A DNA stretch of 64,000 bases from a virus (lineage: Duplodnaviria; Caudoviricetes), in the IMG/VR virus record IMGVR_UViG_3300028591_000189, positions 7,880 to 71,879 of that record; one strand, 5' to 3'. Positions 8,283 through 18,647 of this stretch are shown here, in pieces. The notes beneath the pieces are model-generated. The model was given only the letters and a program-made list of their open reading frames with translations, searched no databases and was not told the origin of the DNA. Numbering within the stretch: position 1 is the first letter of the stretch; the number at the start of each line of letters is the position of its first letter. The translations under genes and the position numbers were made by a program.

Positions 8283-11200
8283 ATGGCAGATGGAAATACC
8301 TTAGATAAACTTGTTATAGAACTGGAAGCGAAAGCGGCTAGTGGTACTGACAACATAACCAAACTCACAAGGGCGTTAACCTCTCTCAGCGGCGCAACAA
8401 AGAGTATTGATTCCGAAAAACTGTCTGCCATGACGGGAGTTGTCGGTAAGTTTGGCGAAAGTGCCAAAGTTGCCGATGGCGCACTCCCTAAACTGGCAAG
8501 CGGCCTTGGTAATTTAGCAAGGTCAACAAAGAATCTCGACACGGGCAAGCTGACTGACTTCATTGACAAACTCAAAGAGCTTGACGGTTTAGAGATAAAC
8601 ACAAAAGGCATTGGAGAGTTAGCCAACGGACTGTCCAAAATTGCCAATATCGACTTCGGCAAGGTGGATGTTGAAAAGCTGAAAGAAGTTACTTCCGTTT
8701 TAGGAACACTTGGCGACAGCTTAAAAAATCTGCCGGAAAACTCCCGTATCAATATCAAGATCGGTGACGGACTTACTAAACCGAATGTAGACGCACAGCA
8801 GATGGCAGGGCAAGCAGGGCCACAACAGGGCGGCGGCATAAGCGGACTTGCCAATAACGTACTGCAAAGCATAAACAGCATGAACGCCGCAGTTGGTGCA
8901 AGCACAGGCGTATGGGGCAAACTTGCCACTATCAGCAAAATTGCACTTGGCGGCATTGGCAAAGGTATCAAAGCGGCACTTCCCTATATTGCTAAAGGCG
9001 CAAAGGCGCTTGGAAGCCTTCTTCTCAGTGCTGGAAAAGCCGGACTTTCTGCACTTGGCAAAGGGCTTGCTAATATCGGCAAGTCTATCAACCCTATCAA
9101 TGCGGTAGGAAATGCACTTGACGGACTTAGAAGTAAACTCGGCATGGTCGCAAGGCTTGGCGTGTTTATGCTTCTGAGAAAAGCGTTTACGGCCTTAATC
9201 ACGAACGCAAAACAGGGCATTGACAACCTTGCTATGTATTCAGATGCAATGGGGACTAGATTCAATTCCTCTATGTCAACGCTTGTATCTGATTTCAAGT
9301 GGGCTGGAAATGCGCTTGCGACTGCCTTTGAACCAATTCTGAACGTTGCTATTCCTATCATTGATGCGCTGATTACTCGACTTGTGGCGGCAATGACAGC
9401 GTTTGCTAACTTTATAGCTGCGCTGACAGGTGCTTCTACATTCACCCGTGCAATCAAGATCAATGAGAACTACGCAAAGTCGCTTAATAAGGGCGCTGGT
9501 GCGGCAGGCAACGCAGGCAAGGCGGCAAAGAAAGCGGCAAAGGATACAAAGTCCTATACGACTGCTATTGATGAGTTGAACATCTTAGAGCCTAACAAGG
9601 GTTCGGGAACAGGCGGTTCAGGCGGTGGCGGCGGCGGTGGAGCCGGAGCAGGCGGATTAGACCCTACTTCCATGTTTGAAACCGTGGAAACAACGGTAAA
9701 AGCGCAGAATTGGGCGAAAATGATCAAGGATGCGTGGGAGAAGGCAGACTTCACTCAGATAGGCGCAATCTTCGGTCAGAAACTTAAAGATGCGCTTGAC
9801 TACGCACATGATGTTTTCTATCCGAAACTGATTGACTTTGCCGGACGACTTGGTAAATCCCTTGCGACCCTGTTCAACGGGTTCATTGAAGTTGATGGAT
9901 TAGGCCACTCAATCGGAAGGTCTATTGCAGATGCCTTAAATATTGCCGCAGAGTTTGTTGGTTCGTTTGCGTGGAACTTTCATTTTGATTCCCTTGGGAA
10001 TTTCCTCATGGACGCTATTGAGGGTGCGCTTGACGGCATAGACTGGAATAAAATCCGCAAAGCGGTCAACGGCCTTGCACTTGGACTTACAGACTTTGTA
10101 AATTCGGTATTTAACCGAAAAGATACATGGGGCAAAATCGGTGACGGTATCGGTGAAGCACTGAACACTGGCATCAATGCGGCCTACATCATTCTGAATC
10201 AGACCGACTTTACTAAGATTGGTGAGGACATTGCGACCACTCTTAATAATGCTTTCGCTAAGATTGATTGGGGCAAACTCGGACAGGATTTGATTGGCGG
10301 TGTAAACGCACTGTTAAGAGCACTGAACGGGTTCTTAGATACATTCGACTTTAAGACATTCGGCAAAGGTATCGGTGAAGGCATAAAGAAGGGTATAGCA
10401 TCCTTCGATTGGGCTACCCTCGGAGCAGGCGCAGGCAATCTCTTTAAGGGCCTTGTAGATGGACTTGCTGGACTTATTGAAGGTGTGGACTTCTTTGAAA
10501 CCGCACGAAACATTGTCCACGGCGTGTTTACTGCGCTTGGAAACGCTGACTGGGTAGGCATTATGAAGTCTGTTGTCGGACTTGTTGGAACGGTCATTAA
10601 GGCAATCGCAGAGTTGTTTGTTGGTGTTCTTGCTGGCATCGGTGATGCAATCGGAGACTTCTGCAAGGGAGTATGGGAAGGCATCAAGGCGTGGTGGAAG
10701 AATCCGCCCGTCACAAACAAGAATGACAACCTTAAAGCATCCATGAAGACCGCCCTTGGTTTCGATGGTAACGAGAAGTTCAACTTTGACGTAGGTATCA
10801 AACTCGTTAAAGATGGATGGAATACCGTCAAGAACTGGTTAGACGGATTCACAGGCGGAAATTTCTCTAAGGGTGTTGGTATTTTCCGTGATGGCTGGTC
10901 TAAGGTAGGCGACTGGATCAAGAACAACTTTATGGGCGGTGATGTTAATAAGAGCATCGGCTTGTCTAAAGTTTGGTCTAGCGTTGCAAACTGGATTAGC
11001 AGTAACTTCATGGGCGGCGGTGTAAGCAAGAATGTCGGCCTGTCAAAGACTTGGGATAACGTTGCGGCGTGGGTTAAGAACCACATGGGCGGTGCGGTTA
11101 GTAAGTCCGTTACCATCAATGCGGTTGTAACTGGCCTGACACAGAAGTTAAAGAACTTCCTTGGCTTGTATCGTGGCGGCTACTTTAGCGGCGGCGCATT

Positions 11201-11738
11201 AAAGAGTATCCCTTCTTATGCGAATGGTGGCCCTGTTAATGTTCGTGGCGCACAGCTTTTCATGGCAAGGGAGACTGGCAACCCGGAAATGGTTGGACAG
11301 ATAGGCTCACATCCGGCAGTCCTCAACAACGGTCAGATAACAGACCTTGTTGCCCGTGGCGTTGCGGCGGCTGTATCGCAGTCGTTCGGACAGGTCGCAG
11401 TTGCGCTGTATAAAGCCTTTAGCGAAATGCAGTTTGTAGCGGCTCCGACAACATCTTCATTTGACGGTGCGTACCTTAACATGGGTTACAATCCTTCCTA
11501 TGATTTTGGCATGGCATATGAAACAGCGGTCAGTGACATGCAGGCAACACAGGCGGCGAACATGAAGGCCGCTATGCTTGCGGCAATGACAGAGTTCTTC
11601 GCCACCTACGATAACGGTTCTGATGATATTGTGGATGCTATCAACAATAAGGAAGTATCCTTTAGCCTTACTGACAGGGAAATCGCACAGGCTAACCGCA
11701 GGGGCGCTAGGAAACTTGGCGCAGTCATTATGGCCTAA
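8283..11738 (+). CDS. Tape measure protein
   Basis: 1151 aa, A/G/L-rich helical repeats, Gly-rich linker, ~25-aa W-containing repeats near C-terminus, ARE.GNPEMVG motif. Confidence 0.95.
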   Translation: MADGNTLDKLVIELEAKAASGTDNITKLTRALTSLSGATKSIDSEKLSAMTGVVGKFGESAKVADGALPKLASGLGNLARSTKNLDTGKLTDFIDKLKELDGLEINTKGIGELANGLSKIANIDFGKVDVEKLKEVTSVLGTLGDSLKNLPENSRINIKIGDGLTKPNVDAQQMAGQAGPQQGGGISGLANNVLQSINSMNAAVGASTGVWGKLATISKIALGGIGKGIKAALPYIAKGAKALGSLLLSAGKAGLSALGKGLANIGKSINPINAVGNALDGLRSKLGMVARLGVFMLLRKAFTALITNAKQGIDNLAMYSDAMGTRFNSSMSTLVSDFKWAGNALATAFEPILNVAIPIIDALITRLVAAMTAFANFIAALTGASTFTRAIKINENYAKSLNKGAGAAGNAGKAAKKAAKDTKSYTTAIDELNILEPNKGSGTGGSGGGGGGGAGAGGLDPTSMFETVETTVKAQNWAKMIKDAWEKADFTQIGAIFGQKLKDALDYAHDVFYPKLIDFAGRLGKSLATLFNGFIEVDGLGHSIGRSIADALNIAAEFVGSFAWNFHFDSLGNFLMDAIEGALDGIDWNKIRKAVNGLALGLTDFVNSVFNRKDTWGKIGDGIGEALNTGINAAYIILNQTDFTKIGEDIATTLNNAFAKIDWGKLGQDLIGGVNALLRALNGFLDTFDFKTFGKGIGEGIKKGIASFDWATLGAGAGNLFKGLVDGLAGLIEGVDFFETARNIVHGVFTALGNADWVGIMKSVVGLVGTVIKAIAELFVGVLAGIGDAIGDFCKGVWEGIKAWWKNPPVTNKNDNLKASMKTALGFDGNEKFNFDVGIKLVKDGWNTVKNWLDGFTGGNFSKGVGIFRDGWSKVGDWIKNNFMGGDVNKSIGLSKVWSSVANWISSNFMGGGVSKNVGLSKTWDNVAAWVKNHMGGAVSKSVTINAVVTGLTQKLKNFLGLYRGGYFSGGALKSIPSYANGGPVNVRGAQLFMARETGNPEMVGQIGSHPAVLNNGQITDLVARGVAAAVSQSFGQVAVALYKAFSEMQFVAAPTTSSFDGAYLNMGYNPSYDFGMAYETAVSDMQATQAANMKAAMLAAMTEFFATYDNGSDDIVDAINNKEVSFSLTDREIAQANRRGARKLGAVIMA

Positions 11739-11750
11739 GAGGTAAGAGTT

Positions 11751-12131
11751 ATGGCAACACTTACGATAAACGGACAGCCGCTTCCTTCTCCCTACAAAGA
11801 TGTGGAGTTCATTGTCGAAACGATGGTGAACTCCGGCAGAAATGCCAACGGCACAGTAGTTGGAGAGGTAGTCGGCAGAGATAACTATAAGGTCAACAAC
11901 TTAGAGTGGAGAGGACTTGATGCTTCTGAGGTATCAAGAATCCTCACACTCTTACAGAACTTCTACATTACAGCAAAGATACCTGACCCGGTTACAAATG
12001 GTTGGAAGACCATAGCCATGTATCCGGGCAACAGGACAGCAAAACCGCTTACAGGGTGGGTTGACGAAGATGGAAAACCTACCCGTTACGAATATCTGAA
12101 AGTCAACATCATCGACTGCGGGGTTATCTAA
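11751..12131 (+). CDS. Distal tail-like protein
   Basis: Directly after TMP; RNANG.VVG...MYPGNR motif. Confidence 0.65.
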   Translation: MATLTINGQPLPSPYKDVEFIVETMVNSGRNANGTVVGEVVGRDNYKVNNLEWRGLDASEVSRILTLLQNFYITAKIPDPVTNGWKTIAMYPGNRTAKPLTGWVDEDGKPTRYEYLKVNIIDCGVI

Positions 12132-12134
12132 GAT

Positions 12135-14042
12135 ATGTATAATGCAGGGACAGCTTACAAAAACGAAATGGCAAAACCTATAAGGGGACAGAGTTTTGTG
12201 TTTTGTGATGTAACGCTGTCCAATTTCTTAGCTAAACAGTCTGCTAACATTGCGGTCAGTGGCAATACAAAGACTATTACCTTCACGGAAGACTGCGGAA
12301 ATATATACGGCATAACAATCACGTTTGCTTCGGCTCCGTCAAGCGTCACGGTCAATGGCAAGTCCTATACGGCGACGGCTAAAGTGGAAATCCCGGATGA
12401 AATATTCGGAAGTACCATTACCATTGCTGCCGACAAGGACATAAAGAGCATTGACTATGGCACGAAGGTATTGTCTTTTACCAATACCGAAACATCATCT
12501 ACACGGTGGCGGCAGGAAGTGTCCCCTATTTCAGTCGAATTGCCGGAGCAGACGTATCAGATAGATATTTGCGACTATGAAGGAACGTATGACTGGTCAG
12601 ATACCGATTCACTGATTTACGGATTCCAGGAGAAACAGGTCGTCAAGTTTTCCTACGGACGTATGTGCTTGGGAAACATTGTGCGTATACCGGGCGGCGA
12701 ATACTGGTTGAGTGCGTGGGCCAAAACAAGCAACACGCTTACTCTTAAAGCACAGACAAAGATTGCATACATGGAAGATGATTTTGTGGAAGGCATCAAT
12801 GAAGTGCTGACAGGGCAAGCTGCGGCGGCTAAAGTCGTTTCCTACTACAATGACCGTGAATCTACACGAAGCGGACAGACCGTGACCGTGGATGCTTCCG
12901 AAATCGCAGATGTAACACTTGCTAATCCGCTCCCCGACCTTCCTTGTAATCAGGTCTTACAGATGATTGCTAACGCTTGCAGGGCGGCAATCTATGAGGA
13001 CAGAGAAGGACGGATCGTATTCAGACGGGCCAAAGCGGAAGCTGACGATTACCGCATTGGCGACATGAACGTGATGGAAGACCCCGGCCTTTACAGAATA
13101 GAGGACGTTGACACGGTTGACGTTACCACTACCGCACAAGTCCCGTCACAGTTTCCGGCATCAGTCGGCAAGGTTGATATATCCATTACGGGTACGGACG
13201 TGCTTGTGACCTTGGATAGTCAGATAGATGCGACTAAGGAAGTAAAGCTGTCCATGCCGGATGCCACATTGGTTGCGGTATACAGCGGTTCTGTTGTGGT
13301 CAACTGTGCATCAACGGGACAGCTTGGCATTATCGGTTATCCATTAACGTCACAGACCGCAACATACAGGGGGCAGACAACGTCAAGCGGCGGTACGACT
13401 AAGACTATTTCCAACATCTTAGTGCCTTACTCGGATGCCTACATGGAATGGTTGGAAGAGTACCTTTCAAATGATGTTGAGTATGACGTTACGTATCGTG
13501 GCGACCCTGCTATTGACCCTCTTGACCTTATCCACGTATGGGACGATGAAGATGATTTGATCCGTGTTACCGTGCTGGAACTCGGCACGTCCACGGGCAT
13601 GAATCTTGATAACCTCGTGGCAGGCCGGAGAATCGCAGTAGGCAATACCTACACGAACACTGTCATTTATGAATCGGCAAAAGACCCCGATTCTGCGATA
13701 GCGGAACTTGCGGCGAACGCACTGACTTTTCAGACACCTTATGAATTATCGGCAGACGGGACGTATGCGACCTTCGATGTAAGGCTTTATTCAAACGGCG
13801 TTGATATATCACGTTGCTATCCACCTAGATGCTTTACATGGTATCGTAAGACGGACACAAAGGAGCGAACCTACATCGGAAGCGGATACACGAAAGTTTG
13901 CTACAAACGTGACCAGGGATATACAGGAACCATCATCGGCGTATTCCAGTCCGTAGTCGAATACAGAGTGACCACACGTAACAGAGTACCCGTAGTAATC
14001 AGAAGCGGTAAACAGGTAACAGCGCAGATAGCAGAGGACTAA
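12135..14042 (+). CDS. Tail tip / baseplate hub protein
   Basis: 635 aa; CNQVLQMIANA...EDREGRI and YRGDPAIDPLD motifs. Confidence 0.7.
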   Translation: MYNAGTAYKNEMAKPIRGQSFVFCDVTLSNFLAKQSANIAVSGNTKTITFTEDCGNIYGITITFASAPSSVTVNGKSYTATAKVEIPDEIFGSTITIAADKDIKSIDYGTKVLSFTNTETSSTRWRQEVSPISVELPEQTYQIDICDYEGTYDWSDTDSLIYGFQEKQVVKFSYGRMCLGNIVRIPGGEYWLSAWAKTSNTLTLKAQTKIAYMEDDFVEGINEVLTGQAAAAKVVSYYNDRESTRSGQTVTVDASEIADVTLANPLPDLPCNQVLQMIANACRAAIYEDREGRIVFRRAKAEADDYRIGDMNVMEDPGLYRIEDVDTVDVTTTAQVPSQFPASVGKVDISITGTDVLVTLDSQIDATKEVKLSMPDATLVAVYSGSVVVNCASTGQLGIIGYPLTSQTATYRGQTTSSGGTTKTISNILVPYSDAYMEWLEEYLSNDVEYDVTYRGDPAIDPLDLIHVWDDEDDLIRVTVLELGTSTGMNLDNLVAGRRIAVGNTYTNTVIYESAKDPDSAIAELAANALTFQTPYELSADGTYATFDVRLYSNGVDISRCYPPRCFTWYRKTDTKERTYIGSGYTKVCYKRDQGYTGTIIGVFQSVVEYRVTTRNRVPVVIRSGKQVTAQIAED

Positions 14043-14046
14043 AGAT

Positions 14047-14412
14047 ATGGACAATATTGCTATAAACGAATTTCCACAGCACGCCTTTTTTGGTGAAAGT
14101 GACAACGTTGTAATATCCGGGGCCGAAGAGGAAGCGCTTGTCCCGTTCGACACGATGAAGGAAGCTATTGCCAACTCAATCAGCGGTGACATACAGGGTG
14201 GTGCGCCCCCGGTAGCAATGACACCGTCCGACCTTGACCATGAGGTAAGTAAGGTATGGCTGTATGGTGGCACAACGACAACCGGGTATGAGAACGGATA
14301 CATCTATTACTGGATTGGTTCTGCGTGGGCGCAGGGCAACTACTACGGACAGGTCGTTGAGTACGCTACACAGGCGGAAGTAAACAGTATCCTTAACATC
14401 CTGGGGGACTAA
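14047..14412 (+). CDS. Small tail/fibre-associated protein
   Basis: Y.GY.Y.W.G.AW motif and ATQAEV..I..I ending shared with ORFs 18444 and 18648. Confidence 0.5.
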   Translation: MDNIAINEFPQHAFFGESDNVVISGAEEEALVPFDTMKEAIANSISGDIQGGAPPVAMTPSDLDHEVSKVWLYGGTTTTGYENGYIYYWIGSAWAQGNYYGQVVEYATQAEVNSILNILGD

Positions 14413-14415
14413 GAC

Positions 14416-15768
14416 ATGAAATTAGAGTGCGAAACTTCTTTTTATAATGACGAAAAACTGGATGACGACCTTACTCATGCACAGGAAACGGCAGATGAAG
14501 CTAAAGAGATAGCAGAACAGGCGGCGGGTACTGCCACTAACTACTTATACAACTCCATCGAAAAGGGCCTTGTGGTATCACGTACAAAGGTCGCAACGGA
14601 TACACAGGTAGAAGAACTTACAACTCCTAACTCCCGTGTTGTTTCGGACGGTTTTGACATTTACAAGGACGGGACTACACGGGTGGCCCACTTTGGCGAA
14701 ACGACTGTTATAGGCGAAGAAGGAAAAGCCAAACTCATTGTTGACAGTGATTCGTTGGAACTTGTAACCGCAAGTACGGCCCCGGCCTTCAAAGTTGAGA
14801 ATGGCATTGAGGGTACAGGTAGTAATGCCGAAAAGTGGGTTGATGTCACAGAGGGTTATCTGAACGAGGACGGAACGCTTAACAAAACGGCCCTTGCCAG
14901 TATTCTTGATACAATGGTCAGCGGCAGGACACTGACTTCTGCACCTGGCGACTACGTTATTACGGTAGATGATGCGGAACTGACCGTGGAGTTATTTGGA
15001 AGCGGCATGATGCCTGGTGGCGACTACACTGATATGCTCAGTCAGTTTGAAGTGTACGCTTTCAACCACACACTTATAAATGGTGTGCTTACCGCAACTG
15101 CAATCAGTGAATCCGAACCGTCTGACTGGTACGACTTTATTGACAACTTTGTGCTTCTTTTCCCGGAAGGCACAAAGAATTATCAGCTTTACATGACTTT
15201 CACGCTGACCTATAAAATCTCTGATGTGCAAATGACCCTTGGCACACGAAATGCGCAAGCAGGCATAGGTGCGAGGTCTGTATCCATCGGCGGCAACAAT
15301 ATCGCAAGCGGTACTGGTTCGGTGGCGATCGGCAAAGACTTGGAAGCAGTCGATGATTATTCATTGATTATCGGTGAAAACAACGTTGACATTGAAGACC
15401 CCTACACTGGAATACATATGCCTACGGCTTTTGCAATCGGGGCCAACGGGACAACGCCTTTTGCGGTTCTGAAAAATGGCATCATGGTCATGTCTGCGGT
15501 CAACAGCGGCAAATCTCCACAACAGCAGTTTGCGACTAATACGGCAACGGACGTGAGGATTGACTTTGAACATGAGTATCCGAATACACCGTTCATCTTC
15601 CTTACATTGAATGAGGACAACGTACCGCAGAGCGCTGTATCAGACTACGGTAGCACACAGATATATTTAAAGATTGCAGACACAACCGGGTTTACCGCAA
15701 CGGTGGTAAACGGTGGAACGAAAGCGCACACGTTTAGTTTCAGTTGGTTCGCTATCAGCATTATGTAA
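14416..15768 (+). CDS. Tail fibre / receptor-binding protein
   Basis: YadA-head-like SVSIG..N.ASG.GSVAIG repeats; C-terminal lectin-like beta domain ending FSWFAI. Confidence 0.7.
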   Translation: MKLECETSFYNDEKLDDDLTHAQETADEAKEIAEQAAGTATNYLYNSIEKGLVVSRTKVATDTQVEELTTPNSRVVSDGFDIYKDGTTRVAHFGETTVIGEEGKAKLIVDSDSLELVTASTAPAFKVENGIEGTGSNAEKWVDVTEGYLNEDGTLNKTALASILDTMVSGRTLTSAPGDYVITVDDAELTVELFGSGMMPGGDYTDMLSQFEVYAFNHTLINGVLTATAISESEPSDWYDFIDNFVLLFPEGTKNYQLYMTFTLTYKISDVQMTLGTRNAQAGIGARSVSIGGNNIASGTGSVAIGKDLEAVDDYSLIIGENNVDIEDPYTGIHMPTAFAIGANGTTPFAVLKNGIMVMSAVNSGKSPQQQFATNTATDVRIDFEHEYPNTPFIFLTLNEDNVPQSAVSDYGSTQIYLKIADTTGFTATVVNGGTKAHTFSFSWFAISIM

Positions 15769-15781
15769 GGGGGACAGACCT

Positions 15782-16231
15782 ATGGACACGATGAATTTTA
15801 CACAGGCCATTGTTACCATTGTTTCGGCACTTATCGGCGGCGGACTTCTGACATTTATCGGAGACAGGCTCAAACGCAAAGACCAGAAGGAAGATAAAAA
15901 CGATGAAGTCACGAAGAAACTTGACAACATGGAAAAGTCCTTTACGGAGCAGATACAAGGCGTTAAAGCCGATTTAAAGGTTTTGTCGGACAGTCAGGCG
16001 GAAAAGAGTGCGATTGATGCAAGGAGAGATATACTGCGGTTCAATGACGAACTCTTGAATAACGTTGACCACTCACATGAAATGTTCTTGCAGATTATGG
16101 ACGACATTGCGACATATGACAAATACTGTGCTGACCATGATGAATTTGTGAATGGGCGAACGGTGCAGTCGGCATCCAATATCAAACGGACATACGAAAG
16201 GCTTTTCGACAGTCACAAAATCACTTCTTAA
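15782..16231 (+). CDS. Membrane protein of lysis module (holin-associated)
   Basis: N-terminal TM helix then coiled coil; RRDILRFNDEL...NG motif common upstream of Clostridia phage holins. Confidence 0.6.
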   Translation: MDTMNFTQAIVTIVSALIGGGLLTFIGDRLKRKDQKEDKNDEVTKKLDNMEKSFTEQIQGVKADLKVLSDSQAEKSAIDARRDILRFNDELLNNVDHSHEMFLQIMDDIATYDKYCADHDEFVNGRTVQSASNIKRTYERLFDSHKITS

Positions 16232-16249
16232 TGTAAAAGGAGAAATGTT

Positions 16250-16468
16250 ATGAAAATGAGAAACGATGTATACGACATTCTTAAAGAAATTGCTCTTACA
16301 TGGCTCCCGGCAGTTGCTACGGCCTATGCGGTAATCGGCAAGATTTGGGGCCTGCCGTTCGTTACAGAAATCCCGGCAACGATCATGGCAGTTGATACCC
16401 TCATGGGCGCAATCCTTCACCTTTCTGCAAAGGAATACAGCAAGGAGAATCATAATGGCAACGTTTAA
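16250..16468 (+). CDS. Holin
   Basis: 72 aa, two TM helices, YD.LK.IA...LPA.AT.Y motif. Confidence 0.85.
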   Translation: MKMRNDVYDILKEIALTWLPAVATAYAVIGKIWGLPFVTEIPATIMAVDTLMGAILHLSAKEYSKENHNGNV

Positions 16469-18134
16469 GGGCATTGTCATTAACGGTTTTGATTTTGCAT
16501 CTTATCAAGCTGGATTTGACTTTACCGATTGCGAAGGCGACTTTGCTATCACAAAAGCAACGCAAGGCACTTGGTATGTCAATCCGGCTTTTGAACAGTT
16601 ATATGATGGTGCAAAACAGGCCGGACTTTTACTTGGCATTTACCATTATGCAGAGGGCGGCGACCCGGAAGCGGAAGCAGAGTTCTTTGTGCAGACTTGC
16701 GGCGAGAGGATTTATGGTGCGGTTCTTTTTGTTGATTGGGAAGGACAGGCAAATCCCACATTCGACACGGGAGAAGATGTTGAATGGTGTCGTAGGTTCG
16801 TAGGTAAAGTTGCTGAACTTGTTGGGGCAACCTGTATACCTTACATGAGCAAAGGCGTTGCGGCTAAGTACGATTGGTCGTCTGTCTGCTCTGTTTCGTG
16901 GATTGCACAGTACAAAGCAAAGGCACCGACTAAGTTTACAAAAGAGCCTTGGACAGATGAAAAATCCTTCGGCACGATGGAATGTGTTATCTATCAGTAT
17001 TCTTCCAAAGGCCAGTACGGTGGAAAGACAGTTGATATAAACGGGGCAACGCTGACTAAAGAAATGTGGTCGGAAATGGCAGTCCAGAAGGGAGCCATTG
17101 AAGATGCCAAAGAAGAAGCACTAGAGCCTACTAAGACCTATATCACCGTAACGATCAACCCTCAGAAGGCAATGGAAAACCTTGCGATGGCGGAGTGCGG
17201 ATATTGCGAAAAGGCAACGAATAAAGACATTTACCGCAAAGTCAAAAATGCCGGATACAACAACTGGACTAAGTACGGAAACGAACTTCACAAACTTTTA
17301 CCGTCCGTGTGTGACGAACATGCGCCTTGGTGTGATGCTTTCTATGACTGGCTGTGCATGAAACTCTTTGGAACAGCAACGGCAAAGTCCCTTCTGAACG
17401 GCAACTTTGACGACTACACTATTGCATCCGCTAATATGTACATCAAGCATAAAGCATGGGTGTACGGCGACTTTGAGTTAGGCGACCAGGTATTTTTTAG
17501 CCATGATGATACTCAGGTATCTCAGACCTACCACACGGGAATGTTCCTTCGGTATGAAGACGAACGTACTGTGACGGTGGAAGGAAATACATCAACGGCA
17601 AGAGGGGTGGTCGCTAATGGCGGTGCGGTGTGTGTTAAGGATTACAACCGCAGAAAGAATCAGATCGTTGGCGCAGGCCGCCCGAACTGGAAACTCTGCG
17701 GAACACTGACACATGACTTCTTGGCCCCTATGGAGTTGGTTGAGGGCATGACTGGTAGCGCAGTAAGAGTATGGCAGATGATTGTGGGAGCAACCGTAGA
17801 CGGGGCATTTGGGCCTAAGACGGGGCTTAAAACAATCGAATGGAAAGATGCTCACGGACTGGAAAAGACCGCCCTTGTAGACCTTACAACGTGGTCTAAG
17901 GCACTTTCCGATTACGTTGTTACTTATGGTATGCCGGACATTGAAGCAGGCAGCTATGGACGGTCTGTTAAGTTTTTACAGGCGGTCATTGGAGCAAAGA
18001 CAGACAGTGTATTTGGCATCAACACAACCCGCAGGCTGACCGCATGGCAGAGAGAACATGGATTAACCGCCGATGGATATGCAAGCACGGGGACTTGGAA
18101 CAAGGTCTTTGAAGTGCTTGCACAAAACGAATAA
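16455..18134 (+). CDS. Multidomain endolysin (GH25 muramidase + CHAP-like + two PG-binding domains)
   Basis: GFDFASYQ/KATQG/YHYA/DWE (GH25); PWCDAF...HTG...VEGNT (CHAP); two V..WQ..VGA..DG.FG repeats. Confidence 0.92.
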   Translation: MATFKGIVINGFDFASYQAGFDFTDCEGDFAITKATQGTWYVNPAFEQLYDGAKQAGLLLGIYHYAEGGDPEAEAEFFVQTCGERIYGAVLFVDWEGQANPTFDTGEDVEWCRRFVGKVAELVGATCIPYMSKGVAAKYDWSSVCSVSWIAQYKAKAPTKFTKEPWTDEKSFGTMECVIYQYSSKGQYGGKTVDINGATLTKEMWSEMAVQKGAIEDAKEEALEPTKTYITVTINPQKAMENLAMAECGYCEKATNKDIYRKVKNAGYNNWTKYGNELHKLLPSVCDEHAPWCDAFYDWLCMKLFGTATAKSLLNGNFDDYTIASANMYIKHKAWVYGDFELGDQVFFSHDDTQVSQTYHTGMFLRYEDERTVTVEGNTSTARGVVANGGAVCVKDYNRRKNQIVGAGRPNWKLCGTLTHDFLAPMELVEGMTGSAVRVWQMIVGATVDGAFGPKTGLKTIEWKDAHGLEKTALVDLTTWSKALSDYVVTYGMPDIEAGSYGRSVKFLQAVIGAKTDSVFGINTTRRLTAWQREHGLTADGYASTGTWNKVFEVLAQNE

Positions 18135-18213
18135 CTACGATAGAATAGTATCAATTAAGAGCCATGAGCCGATAGTGTTGATACTATTGGCTCTTTTTTT
18201 GTGAGGTATCAGA

Positions 18214-18441
18214 ATGGTAAGTTATATTGACCGTAAATATGACACAACTTTATTCACGGGCGGAAGCCTTGTGAACAGCTACATCTATTCCTTCACGGGC
18301 CTGTCAACAGACACAAAGCCCACACGCACTTACAAAAACACTCAGATTCAGAATGGTTCGCAGTTCTTGGAAATGGATACTGGCAAGGTGTACATGTATA
18401 ACGAAACGGGACACACATGGGTTGAGTTTGGGGGTAACTGA
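18214..18441 (+). CDS. Small phage protein (GLSTDTKP...MDTGKVY family)
   Basis: SD gaggt; motif common in Clostridia phage structural accessory blocks. Confidence 0.6.
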   Translation: MVSYIDRKYDTTLFTGGSLVNSYIYSFTGLSTDTKPTRTYKNTQIQNGSQFLEMDTGKVYMYNETGHTWVEFGGN

Positions 18442-18443
18442 TT

Positions 18444-18641
18444 ATGTTTGATCCTATTACATTTGCGGCGGCAGTCAAAGCGGCTGGCAAGCCAACTGAT
18501 GCACAGGTGGCAAAGTATTTTGAAGACCATCCCGAAGCGGTCATACCTGATGGGAGCGTGACTGCAAACAAACTTTCATCTACTGCATATGCGACACAGG
18601 CCGAAGTTGACAGCATCATTGATATTATTGAGGGGGGGTGA
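18444..18641 (+). CDS. Small fibre-module protein
   Basis: DAQVA.Y...HPEA...DGSVT..KLS motif, repeated inside ORF 18648. Confidence 0.55.
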   Translation: MFDPITFAAAVKAAGKPTDAQVAKYFEDHPEAVIPDGSVTANKLSSTAYATQAEVDSIIDIIEGG

Positions 18642-18647
18642 ATAAGG

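Noticed and set aside
9607-9655. GC-rich ggcggt/ggcggc run
   Set aside because: Encodes the Gly-rich linker in the tape measure protein.
4336-11119. Long antisense ORFs (4336-5163, 8138-8971, 10199-11119) and 59302-60195
   Set aside because: Shadow ORFs opposite strongly codon-biased capsid, TMP and DUF3560 genes; no SD or recognisable motifs.
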